From: Reclinomonas americana ATCC 50394
Taxonomy: Eukaryota
NCBI GenBank assembly: GCA_048213135.1
Contig: PS015260.1
Location: forward strand, 24,433 to 59,276
Direction of reading: 5' to 3'
DNA: 34,844 bases
Notes under the pieces: model-generated
What the model was told of the DNA's origin: nothing
The model's database searches: none
What the model saw: only the letters and a program-made list of their open reading frames with translations
Translations under genes and position numbers: made by a program
Part shown: positions 22,590 to 34,559 of the stretch, in pieces
How positions within the stretch are numbered: position 1 is the stretch's first letter
Layout of the letters: each line of letters opens with the position of its first letter

Positions 22590-23062
22590 GGTAGTAAGTG
22601 TGTGTGTGGGTGTTTGTTTGTTTCGAGAAGGGAATATGGAGCGATAGGAGGGAGAGAGAGAGGAAAAATGCCAACACCAGCTGAAATGTATATGTCTGTG
22701 AGATGTTTAAGTCGTTCTTTCTTTTCAAATGTGTACACACAAGTTCATTCAAGGAGGGGGGAGGCAGAGCGACCGCATCAATCGGTCAGCTCGCCGCTTT
22801 TCTTCTTTCTTTCTCAGCGTTCTAATGCAACGACAAAACACACACACAATGGCCTATGGACAAGAAGAGTGCAACAAAACAAGTCTAACGCAAGGGAAGG
22901 GGTGGAAAAACAGCGTGAATGGAGCAATCGTCCACTCACGCGAGCAAAGACGGCAGCAGTCAAATTAAAAAACAGAGTATCGAGTTTGACATGCGCGGCA
23001 ATACAACAGAAAAACACACATAATAGCATACACAGCGGGCCAAGACCAGCACGTTTAAACAG

Positions 23063-26000
23063 TTACTCGTTGGTCTTCACATGCTGCAGCCAGATGCGAG
23101 TGCGGAAAATCTGCCGAAGAAAAAAAGTNNNNNNNNNNNNNNNNNNNNNNNNNNNNNNNNNNNNNNNNNNNNNNNNNNNNNNNNNNNNNNNNNNNNNNNN
23201 NNNNNNNNNNNNNNNNNNNNNNNNNNNNNNNNNNNNNNNNNNNNNNNNNNNNNNNNNNNNNNNNNNNNNNNNNNNNNNNNNNNNNNNNNNNNNNNNNNNN
23301 NNNNNNNNNNNNNNNNNNNNNNNNNNNNNNNNNNNNNNNNNNNNNNNNNNNNNNNNNNNNNNNNNNNNNNNNNNNNNNNNNNNNNNNNNNNNNNNNNNNN
23401 NNNNNNNNNNNNNNNNNNNNNNNNNNNNNNNNNNNNNNNNNNNNNNNNNNNNNNNNNNNNNNNNNNCAGCAGCAACAACACCAGCAGCAGCAGCAGCATC
23501 AGCATCAGCGCATGATGCAGCAGTACCATGCTGGCCATCACCGCGCGCAGCACTTTGCCGGCGGCAGTCCGAACTTTGGTCCGCAGCAGACGCCGCAGAG
23601 TGGCTTCTTCCACGGCCAGCCGGTGCAGATGCGCCCGCGCAGCCACTCCATGTCGACTGGTGCGCCGGGCATGATGACTGGCGGGTTCCGCAACCAGCAG
23701 CCCATGCGTCAGCACCTCCCGCTGCACCACCACCACGCTCACCAGCAGCAGCAGCAGCAGCAGCAGCAGGCGTCGCCGCAGCCGCATCCGTGGTCCACGG
23801 GTGGCGGCCAGTACCAGCAGGCACCGCCGCCGCGCTTTGCGGCACCTGCGGCCCCGCGCCACCAGTCGGCCATGGACTTTATGATGCCGCCGTCGGCGAC
23901 GCAACCTGCGGCCGCCGCCACGGCCCCGACCTACGCGTCCACTGGCAACTCGCCGTCGCCGCCTTCTGGCTCGCCGTCGCGCAGCCCGCAGCCGTACCTG
24001 CCTCCGCATGCGCGCATGCAGTCGCAACCGCAGCCGCCGCAGCAGCAATCGTCGTCATCGTCGATTGGCAGCTTTATGCAGTCGTCGCCCCCGCAGCAGC
24101 AGCAACAGCAGTCGCCGTCGGCGTCGCCGCAGCCGCGCATGATTCCGCAATCGCCGAGCTCGCCTCCGTCTTCGGCGTCGTCGTCGCCGCACCTGGGCGG
24201 TTTGGCATCGCCCGGCTCGCCGCAGCAGCAGCCGACCAGAATCGTGGAGACGGTGTACGGCTACTATGCGGTCGAGTTCAAGAACGGACGTCGCGCCACC
24301 TTCCGCATGATGGAGGGCGGCCTGACGTACCAGCCCGGCGACTGTGTGGTGGTCGAGGGCGACCGTGGCTACGACTTGGGCGTGGTGCTCAACATGGTGC
24401 CACCGGAGAAGGTCCTGCATCCGGACCGCGTGCAGCGCCGCGTTCTGCGCCCGGCCTTGCCTCGTGAAGTGGAGTCACTGAGCGAGAAGGCCCGCGAGGA
24501 GGACATGGTGCTGAAGGTGTGCCAGGAGAAGAGCCTCGAGCACGGCCTGCCCATGGAACTCGTGTATGCCGAGTACCAGCACGACCGCAACAAGCTGACG
24601 TTCTACTACCGTGCTGAGGCTCGCATCGACTTCCGTGACTTGGTTCGCGAACTCTTCAAGGTATGTCTTCCTCCTCCTCCTCATTCTTCTTCTCTCTGCA
24701 TAGCATTGTGTTTCTCACCNNNNNNNNNNNNNNNNNNNNNNNNNNNNNNNNNNNNNNNNNNNNNNNNNNNNNNNNNNNNNNNNNNNNNNNNNNNNNNNNN
24801 NNNNNNNNNNNNNNNNNNNNNNNNNNNNNNNNNNNNNNNNNNNNNNNNNNNNNNNNNNNNNNNNNNNNNNNNNNNNNNNNNNNNNNNNNNNNNNNNNNNN
24901 NNNNNNNNNNNNNNNNNNNNNNNNNNNNNNNNNNNNNNNNNNNNNNNNNNNNNNNNNNNNNNNNNNNNNNNNNNNNNNNNNNNNNNNNNNNNNNNNNNNN
25001 NNNNNNNNNNNNNNNNNNNNNNNNNNNNNNNNNNNNNNNNNNNNNNNNNNNNNNNNNNNNNNNNNNNNTTGCTGCTGCTGGTGCTGCTTGTTGTCCTCCA
25101 TGTCCAGCGTGGCAAGTGCGTCCGACACACCGCCATCCAGATCCTCTCCGTCATCATCGTGCGCCGCATGCGACGACGGCGAGAATGCAGCGTGCAAGCC
25201 TATCGGAGGAGAAGACAGAACGTGAGCACAACGCACAATGAAGGGAGGGAGGGGGGACACACGACAGTCATGCATGATTTTGCACTCACCGGAAGTTCCC
25301 CAGAGGCTCTGCGAGGCCGATTCCACCGTGCCAATCTTGACGGACAAACCCGATGATGAGGGCGACGATGGAGCAGAAGACGACGACGAAGGCGACGACG
25401 ACGACGACAGAGAAGACGAAGAGGGTCCGACCGAGGAGGACGAGGAGAAGAAGGAACGATTGTCGCCCACCGTCGAGATCTTCACCGAGAGACCGCCCTT
25501 GGCGGCACCCTCAAAGAGAGACGACGACGACGAGGACGAGGAAGAGGAAGAGGTGACACCAACAGGGGCGCCAGAGCCACCAGTCGAAGACGACGATTCA
25601 AATGACATGGGACGAAATGCGAAACAGAGGTAGATGATATATAAGGGAAGGGAAATCAAGGAAAAGAGAGAGTGTGGCGGCAGATAGACACACACACGCG
25701 CGTGTAGTAAGTAGGTAGTAGGTGGGGAAGGGAGTAGTAGGTTATAGGAAAAGTAGCCGGGGGAGGGGATGGGAGCACTTTCTCTTCTCTCTCACACGAA
25801 TGCAGAAAAACACGAATACGAGACAACGTCCCGAGACCAAGAGTAAGCCCGAGCGACCAAAGGAGAAACTCTGTCCCGAACACTCACCACCGAGGCGGGA
25901 AGCGCAAAGGGCGCTGGCTGTTGCTGCTGCTGCTGCTGTTGTTGTTGTTGCTGTAAAGGACTTGCATAAAGCATTGCGCGGGAAGGAGTAGGCGACGACG

Positions 26001-27273
26001 ATGGCGATGCGGTCATGAGCGGCGACCCGGCAAGCATGTGATGATGATGATGATGGTGACTGTGCATGACGTGTGGCGGAGGCAGTGGCAAGAGAGGCAC
26101 GGCCATGGCGGCACCATCTTGTCCGCCCGCGTCACTGTCAACGTCGCCGCCTCCGCCGCCCATCATCATCATGTGCATGTTACTGGTGGGCGTGGTGGCC
26201 TCAAACAGCCCCGCGCCTAGTGACAAGTGCCGCGGTGACTTGTTGGCGGCAAACGAGCGGTGGTGTGTCAGTGGCTGGTAAGGCGACGACATGGACGAGG
26301 AGGATGCGGGCGAGTGCGCTTGTAGTGGCGGGGATGCAGTCGGGTCGCTGTCGCCTGCAGACACGCCCCAGGCAGCGCTGGAGAGGGAAGAAAGAGAGAG
26401 AGTGAGTGAGTGTGAGGTGAACAGCGCGACGAGTGATCACACGCACCGAATCTGCGAGAGCGCCGCGCATTGCTTAGGCGACCGCGTGCCCCATGCTGCC
26501 GGACCCACCAGCACGCCATCCCTGCACACACACAGAGGCATGAGAGAAGGCAAGCGCGCACAAACAAACAAGCGCGAGATGGCCACACAGCATAAAGCGG
26601 GAAAATCACACCACGCGCAAGACCGAACACACGCACGCGCGTCGGCATCAAAGGCAACGCGCGCGCAAGAGACAGAGGCATACCACACAGCGCGGCACAA
26701 CGCACACAAAGAAGACACGCAAAAGAAAAGAACGAGCAAGAGTTTGTCGGAAATGGCCGACGACGACGACTAACCAAGAGCTTGCCACTGTGTCCATGCC
26801 GCCTGCGCTCTGCTGTGTGAGACACTGGAGGGGAGACAACTGCACACACCATGACTCACCATGTGCTGCTGCCGCTGCTGCTGCCGCCTGTTGCTGCTGT
26901 TCCATTAGTGATGAAGGCAGCGGCTGCATGCCATACTGCTGTTGCTGTTGTTGCTGTTGCTGCTGCTGCTTGGCATCGTATGTGTCGTGCTCGTCTGTGG
27001 GAAACAAGCGCTGTCGTTGTTGTTGTTGTTGATGCTGAAAGTGTTGTTGTTGTTGATAGGCCAGTGGGCTTTCGTGCACCATCGTGGAGGAGGCGGGAGA
27101 GGGCATGGTGGTGCCGGCAGCGGGACTGCCGCTGCCTCCACTGCCGCTGCTGCTTGTTTGAAACAGACACAAAAGAACGCAATGATGATTATGAGAGATT
27201 CACCGATACTCGACTCTCTCTGTGTGCACACAGACCTCACAGGCGAGAAGGCGCTGGTGGCTGCAGCGAACAT
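23063..27273 (-). CDS. PSP1 C-terminal domain protein with long Q/S/P-rich N-terminus; large exon inverted at 23467-24660
   Basis: Minus-strand N-terminal low-complexity exons 27273-25070 end in polyQ at a gap. The last exon IFRTRIWLQHVKTNE* (23110-23063) completes the domain. Confidence 0.75.
23467..24660 (+). CDS. PSP1-C domain exon of the above gene, on a gap-bounded inverted block
   Basis: YAVEFK...GDCVVVEGDRGYDLG...AEYQHDRNKLTFYYRAEARIDFRDLVRELFK followed by a GTATGT donor at 24661. Confidence 0.88.
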
Positions 27274-27925
27274 GCTTGTTGTTGTTGTTGTTGTTGTTTG
27301 GTTCTACGAGTGTCTATAGTGTGTTTTGTTGTTGCTTATTCTCTGCGCATGCTGTCTTGTTCTTCTCTCCAGTCTCTCTATGTGCGTGTGCTTGGCCCCC
27401 ACCCCACTCTCACTCTCTCGTGGTTCCTCCGCACAGGAAGGGAGGCGGCGACCGAGGCACACACAACACACACACTCTCTCTCTCACTCTCTGTGCGCGA
27501 CGAACGACTGCGGGAAATTTTACGCGACCTCAAAATGCACGCAGGCGCGAATGCAGGTTGGCAAATGCGGTTTGCGCAACGGGTGTCTAGAGAAGTGATA
27601 GAGAGAGAGGCCAGCAGGTGTGTTCTTTGTGGCCACTGGCAGTGAGCAATCGTCGAATACATCGGGAAATGAAATGTACTTTGCAATTGCAATCGTGGCA
27701 TGGTCGCGCGCCGCACAAGATGACAGAGTGAATGCAGCGTGTACGATACGTTGCCGGTCGAGGAGGAGAAGAGAAGAGCGGCGAAAACCCGTCCGATTTC
27801 TGACAAGATTTGGCCGGAAATCGATGACTCATCATCACGCGTTGTGATTGGTTCGGAAGGGAGCAATCACCTTAAGCCCGCGCCTCTCTCTCCCCTCGTC
27901 TGTGTGTGTCTCTCTCTGTGCACTT

Positions 27926-30017
27926 ATGAGCGTCAAGAAGTCACGACCAGTCTCTCGCGCTGAGTATCTCTCACGATTGGAGAGCTCCACCAGCAACGGC
28001 CTTGGTGGACTAGGCACAACAACCCGAGGAGGAGGAGGAGCAACAGGAGTTCTCACAGGAAGCACAGGAGCAGGTGAGCAGCAAACAACAACAACAGAAA
28101 GAAAAAAGGGCGCTCTTGATTGCCTCTGCTTGGTTTTTTTTCTAATCACAACGCCTCTCTCAATGAGAAAAAGGTGTGCGCACTCTGGCGGCCTCGCGAG
28201 TGGCGCCCTCGCCGGTGGCGCGAGCTGGGTCGCCCTCTGCCACACAAAGGACAGCGTTCAGTGGCACAGGCACTCGATATCTGCGGCCGGAAATACAACG
28301 GCAGAGTTGCGCGCGCGAGAGAGAAGGGAGAGAGGGAGGGAGAGGGGGGAAGGGAGGAGAGAGAGGGAGGGAGGGAGGGAATGCAGACACACTCACTCCC
28401 TATCTTCCTCACTTTGTCAATCGTCTTCTCATGCGCTCTGCAGTCCTTTCAGTAGTTTGTGGCTCAGACTCTCTGCCGGTCATTCAGTCGCTCCTCACCC
28501 ACTCAGTCACTCACTCGCGCATCATAGTTAATCGTCTTCTCATGCGCTCTGGACCTTTAGTTGTTGACGACTCGACTCTGTCGGTCATTCAGTCGCTCCT
28601 CACCCACTCACTCACTCACTCGCGCATCTAGTCAATCGTCTTCTCATGCGCTCCGCGGACCTTTCAGTTGTTGGTGACTCTGATCGGTCTCTCGTCGCTC
28701 CCTCACTGACCCACTGTCCCTGGCACTCACTCATTCACTTGCGCATTCTGTCAGTTGTTTTCTCCTGCGCTCTGCAACCCTCTCAGTAATTCGTGGCTCA
28801 GACTCTCCGCTGATCACTCAGTTGCTCACTCTCTCACTGCCTCCTGCATTCGCTGTCTCCCTTCCTCACTCACCGGTCAGTCGTCTACTCACGCGCTCTG
28901 AGTCCTTCAGTAGTTCGTGACTCGGACCGTTTGCCGTTCACTCAGTCGCCTACTCACTCACTCCTGCCTCGCTGAATCCCTCCCTCACTCACCGGTCAGT
29001 TGTCTACTCCTGAGCTCTGAGTCCTTCGGTAGTTCGTGACTCAGACCCTTTGCCGGTCACTCGCTCCCTCATTCACTGCGCTTGCACTTGCTAGTCAGTC
29101 GTCTTCTCCTGCGCTCTGCAACCCTTTCAGTAGCTCGTGGCTCAGACTCTCCGCTGGTCACTCAGTGCTTTCAATGCCTCCTGCATTCACTGCATTCACT
29201 GCCTCCCTCCCTCACTGACCCACTGTCCCTTGCATTCTTTGCCTCCATCACTCAGTCAGTCGTCTACCAATACGCTCTGCAGTCCTTTCAGTAGTTCGTG
29301 ACTCGGACTCTGCTTCTCCTTCCTCGCTCACTCCCTTCCTCATTTCCCCTCCCTTCCCCTATTCCCTCCCACAGTCAACGCCAAGGGCACTGAGAGACAA
29401 GCAACTGTCCGCGGATCATTCTCGTGGGCGGCCACTGGAGTGCAGGAGGTGCCGTCGGAGGCGTGGGTCGAGCCGAGATACAAGATGCCGGTGCCGACGA
29501 CGTTTTTGCCGCGCAATCGCATGCCGCAGCCGCCACCGAGTGCCGACAGCTCGGCCGATGCGAGTGAGCGTGCGAGTGTGGCGTACAAGGCGGTGGTGAG
29601 GAATCCGGTGCATTTGCGCGAGGCGGAGATTACGTACTTTAGGACGCCGCCGACGGAGCTGTCGTGGCACGGCACCAAGGATGCCATGGAGGCGCAGGGC
29701 AAGCATTGCTTGGCCGAGGCCGCCGGCGAGTACACGCGCAAGTCGCGATCGGGAACGTACGTTGTTGTTGTTGCTCTCTCTCTCACTCTCTGTGAGAAGC
29801 GCTCATCTCTCTCTCTCTCTCGCTCCGCAGATTGTATCGACCGTCGCCGCAGCTGGCCTCCAACGGTGAGCACCTGTCGTTGCAAGTGAGCAGTCGACAG
29901 GCCAAGGCCAACAGCAAGGGTCGCTTTGCCGGCCCTGTCGGCGAATTCTCCAAGTACATGGACCAGGCGGTGCTGGGCAAGGAGAAGATCCCGTTCACCA
30001 ACAAGGTGGCCGTGTAG
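27926..30017 (+). CDS. Hypothetical protein, three exons
   Basis: Exons 27926-28073, 29375-29756 and 29831-30017 join in frame with GT-AG boundaries and GC3-rich codons. No recognised domain. Confidence 0.6.
28174..28316 (+). ncRNA. Candidate intronic structured RNA, unclassified
   Basis: Ends pair (GTGTGCGCACTCTG with CAGAGTTGCGCGCGC). Internal stems CTCGCG/CGCGAG and TGCCAC/GTGGCA. G-U pairs favour the + strand. Confidence 0.3.
28416..29310 (+). repeat. Intronic tandem array, 8 diverged units with about 70-nt core and variable CT-rich linkers
   Basis: Units start at 28416, 28527, 28631, 28750, 28876, 28995, 29094 and 29255. Core GTCARTCGTCTTCTC.TGCGCTCTG...TTCAGTAGTTCGTG.CTCAGACTCT...GGTCACTCAGT. 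Confidence 0.9.
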
Positions 30018-30461
30018 CAGCTGCAGTCTGTGATGATGACCGGCCAGTGAATGGGCGATTGTAGTACTCGCGTGGTGGAGCAGTGCGGGGTGCAGGGTGC
30101 GGGTACGCTTCGCTGCACGTCGACCTGTGCGACGTGGAGACGATTCGCTTCATCAGCATGGTTGATTGGTAGACAACACCAATGATACGATGACCAAGTC
30201 CAACCATATCCAAACATCAACACGAACACCAGTCTTGAGGCAGCGCAGGTTTTTGCTAGCTCTCGCGAGAACTGTGTCGATCGTCGGTCACTGGAGAGCG
30301 AGGATTCATCGCTTACGATCTGTGGTTGCTGTCTTTGTGCGTGAGCAAAACGTAGTGCTGACAAGCTCCATTTATTCGCACATTCACAATCTCTCCTCTC
30401 TCTACCTCGCCAAAAAATCAAAACAATAAAAGAAGAAAACACCCCGCTGCGCACAGCCGAC

Positions 30462-31126
30462 TTACACAAATGGCCGACGGCCGACACCAGTGCCGGCATT
30501 GACTACATTGGGGTAGCGGAAGGTGGTCTCCTCCGTGCCAAAGAGCATCGCATCAATGGCCTCCACACCCTGCATGCACGAGTGGTCCTGGTTGGCCACC
30601 TCGTACTTCCACGCGCCGAAACGGCCGCGGGAGTGGATGCCGAAGGGCAGGAGTGCGTCGTCGACCTTCTTCACCAGTTCGTCACTGCGCGCACCGACAA
30701 GGAGAGTGAGTAAGCAGAGGAGAGAGAGAGGGCGATTAGGGGAAGGGAGGGGAAAGGGAGGGAAAGGGAGGGAAAGGGAGGGAAAGGGAGAGAGAGGAAG
30801 GAATGAAACAGTGAGAGAGAAAGAATGAAAAAAGAGAGGCAGAGAGATAATGAGAAAAGGAGACGGAGAGAGAGAGAGAGGGCGAGAAGGAAGAACAGAC
30901 AGTCGCACAAGTAGCAGAGAACACACTGCCCACTCGATCACTCTTCTTTTTCTCTCCTTCTCTTCGCTCACCACTCACACGCTGTACCACATGCGCTCTA
31001 ACTCTCTCCCTTCTTCAAAAACACAAACGCGCTGCACAACAAAGAACAAAACAGCCCAGTACAGCGCACTATCCACGAAGTCTCTCGTCACAATTTCTCT
31101 CTCTCCCACACACACACTCGTTTCTT

Positions 31127-31164
<38 letters not shown>

Positions 31165-32874
31165 GCCAAACGCATAGTAAGGAAAGACGCTCAACCAAGT
31201 CACGCACAGCACACACTGTCTCGTCTCTTCCCCTCTCCCACTTCCCTAACCACTCATACTCACCACGCACGACAAAGCACAGCACAGCACATGCTCTCAC
31301 TCCCTCCTCTCCTCTCCTCTCTCTCCTCCTCTCTCCTCTCCGTTCCCCTCTCTCCCCTTTGCGCTCACCGCTTGAGGAACGGCACGGGGTAGCCATAGTT
31401 CAGTCGCGTGTACCACCTCGACACAATCTTGCTCGGCTCCTCCAGCAGACCGCACAGTCGCAGGCCAGCAATCACCGCCTCGGTCACATCCTCCGGTCGC
31501 GGCGGCACGCCCAGCTCACCGCCCGGGAGCGCCGGTCGAGTAGTGCTCTCCGACACCTCCACAATCAGCGAGTAGTACCTGTGTTGGCAGAGAGAGTGAG
31601 CCACAGTGTGTTAATCGTTCTTCTGCGCCCAGCAGCGCAACTTGGAGAGATCCGAGTTGGGCACCACAGACGCCGCAAAGTTGCTCATCACCGTCACGCG
31701 GTAGAACACGTACTCGTCCTCGGGGAAGTACATCCATGACACATCGGCAAACTCCTCCTTCAGCTGCCCCTCGATGCCCAGACCCACCAGATTCACCGAC
31801 TGGCGCACAAAGCCGGGTGCCACCGCCTCCAGTCCGGCAACGTCGGTCCTGTCAGAGAGGGAAAAGAGTGAGATAATGTGGCCACTCTTCCCCCATTTCT
31901 CTCGCTTTCACAGCATTCCATTCACTGCGCTTCTCCATCAATTTTTCTCTGTCTCTCGCTCATTTCATCTCTCTCCCTATTCCTTCTCTATTTTCCTCTC
32001 TCCTTCCCCTTTCCCCTCCCTTTTTTCTCCCTCTCTCCTTCCCCTTCTCCCTCCCTTCTCCCCCTTTCCCCTTTCCCCCCTCTCCACCCTTCCCACTCTT
32101 CCCCCTTCTACCCCACCCCCACTCACATCGTGGCCATGTGATCCGCGGGCATGGTGCTGAGCAAATGATCAAACTTGTACACACCGCCGTCGGNNNNNNN
32201 NNNNNNNNNNNNNCCGTGTGCACCTCCTTGCTGGCGGTGGAGACGTGCGTCACGCGCTGGCCAAACTTGACCTTGGACTTGTCGCACACCTCGTAGAGGT
32301 TCTTCCAGATGGCGCCAGTGCCACCAAACTTGGGGAAGCGGAAGGTGGCATTCGGACCCCAGTTGCTGGCCACGTTGCGCGCGACCATGTTGCGCAGCAC
32401 GACCTTCAGATCGGTAATCGCCACGCGCTCTCCAATCCACGACGAGTTCATATCGCGCGGATGCGTCGCCCACACCTTGCAATTGTACGGCGTCATGAAC
32501 ACATCCGCAATGCCCTTGCTGGATGAGAAGCGGGACGATCAGTTGTCTGCCAACTGCTGCTGCCGGATCATACAGAGTACTTACCCAAAGCACGTGTGGA
32601 TAAACTCGTCAAAGTTGGCGGGTTTCGTGGCCAATCCCTTGCGCTCAGTCGCATCCACCAGTCCATCGAGACACTTGGTGAGGTCCTCGTCGGGCAACAA
32701 CCACACATTGTTCTGAAACGGATACGGCACTTGTCGCTGGCGCATAAACACCGTCACCTTGCGAATGTGCTCCTCCCACTCGTCCACCACGTGATCCATC
32801 AGTCGATCAAAGTACTTGTAGTGCGAGAACAGGCAGTGCACACCGTGATCAAACGTGAATCCCTCGGGAGTCGT
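30462..32874 (-). CDS. glf: UDP-galactopyranose mutase, eukaryotic type, exons 2 to end
   Basis: [108 protein letters not shown]. Confidence 0.93.
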
Positions 32875-34353
32875 CTGTGGACAGGGGGAATGAGAGAGAG
32901 TCAGTTTGTGATCAGACATGCTCATGNNNNNNNNNNNNNNNNNNNNNNNNNNNNNNNNNNNNNNNNNNNNNNNNNNNNNNNNNNNNNNNNNNNNNNNNNN
33001 NNNNNNNNNNNNNNNNNNNNNNNNNNNNNNNNNNNNNNNNNNNNNNNNNNNNNNNNNNNNNNNNNNNNNNNNNNNNNNNNNNNNNNNNNNNNNNNNNNNN
33101 NNNNNNNNNNNNNNNNNNNNNNNNNNNNNNNNNNNNNNNNNNNNNNNNNNNNNNNNNNNNNNNNNNNNNNNNNNNNNNNNNNNNNNNNNNNNNNNNNNNN
33201 NNNNNNNNNNNNNNNNNNNNNNNNNNNNNNNNNNNNNNNNNNNNNNNNNNNNNNNNNNNNNNNNNNNNNNNNNNNNNNNNNNNNNNNNNNNNNNNNNNNN
33301 NNNNNNNNNNNNNNNNNNNNNNNNNNNNNNNNNNNNNNNNNNNNNNNNNNNNNNNNNNNNNNNNNNNNNNNNNNNNNNNNNNNNNNNNNNNNNNNNNNNN
33401 NNNNNNNNNNNNNNNNNNNNNNNNNNNNNNNNNNNNNNNNNNNNNNNNNNNNNNNNNNNNNNNNNNNNNNNNNNNNNNNNNNNNNNNNNNNNNNNNNNNN
33501 NNNNNNNNNNNNNNNNNNNNNNNNNNNNNNNNNNNNNNNNNNNNNNNNNNNNNNNNNNNNNNNNNNNNNNNNNNNNNNNNNNNNNNNNNNNNNNNNNNNN
33601 NNNNNNNNNNNNNNNNNNNNNNNNNNNNNNNNNNNNNNNNNNNNNNNNNNNNNNNNNNNNNNNNNNNNNNNNNNNNNNNNNNNNNNNNNNNNNNNNNNNN
33701 NNNNNNNNNNNNNNNNNNNNNNNNNNNNNNNNNNNNNNNNNNNNNNNNNNNNNNNNNNNNNNNNNNNNNNNNNNNNNNNNNNNNNNNNNNNNNNNNNNNN
33801 NNNNNNNNNNNNNNNNNNNNNNNNNNNNNNNNNNNNNNNNNNNNNNNNNNNNNNNNNNNNNNNNNNNNNNNNNNNNNNNNNNNNNNNNNNNNNNNNNAAA
33901 AAACACAATGGAAAGGGAAGGGGTCTTTTGTTGGTAACCACGCAGATGATGGTGGGCATGCAGATAATCGCAACTGCTGCAGTTGAGGCGGGATGGTCTA
34001 TCACTTCACTTGTCAAGCTGAAGCTCCGAAGTGAAGGTCCATTGGCAAGCAAGCGATAGCAAGCTGCAGTGGACACAGCATTCAACGTGGAATGAAGCTG
34101 GGTGAGCTGCTTCCGTCAGGAATCCACATTGGCGAAGTCGCGATCGAAGTTGGGCAAGCAAATCGATAGCAGGGTGCTCTGTCTCTACAGCCTTTCTAAG
34201 GCACGAAAGTGGACGTGCAGACCAATGGTTCATCACCGTCATCCGGCTCCCTGCAGCAACACCGACTTCAACATGTCCTGCACTGACTCTCTCCGGCGAT
34301 CACACCACCGAGAGCGCATCTCCCCCCTTCCTTCCCCCTTCCTTCCTCCACAC

Positions 34354-34530
34354 ATGGCCTCATCGTCCACCGCCAGCACGCCGCTCGGTCGCCGCTCGCA
34401 AGAGCGCATTGTCGTGATTGGCACGGGTCCGACCGGTCTCGGCGCCGCCTGGCGTCTCACTGAGCTCGGCCACGAGAACTGGATCGTGCTGGAGGCCGGA
34501 GACTCCCCCGGAGGCCTTGCTTCCTCAGTG
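34354..34530 (+). CDS. glf: First exon of UDP-galactopyranose mutase (FAD-binding Rossmann motif), opposite orientation to the rest
   Basis: IVVIGTGPTGLGAAWRL...LEAGDSPGGLASSV then a GTGAGT donor; joins phase 0 to TTPEGFTFD at 32874. Confidence 0.85.
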
Positions 34531-34559
34531 GTGAGTGAAAGAGAGAGAGAGAGAGTGGG

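Noticed and set aside
28174-28316. TPP riboswitch, H/ACA snoRNA or U11 identity
   Set aside because: The CUGAGA/AUACC, ANANNA hinge and Sm-site motifs are not found in the right positions.
28416-29310. CRISPR array or hammerhead satellite
   Set aside because: Cores are long and diverged, linkers are related low-complexity sequence, the context is a eukaryotic intron, and there are no cas genes or CUGANGA/GAAA core.
696-31641. Stop-codon reassignment or programmed frameshifts
   Set aside because: Every in-frame stop or frame change examined is removed by a GT-AG intron or coincides with an N-gap.
33898-34300. Possible gene or transposon fragment upstream of UGM exon 1
   Set aside because: Only short ORFs, with no recognisable motif or terminal repeats.
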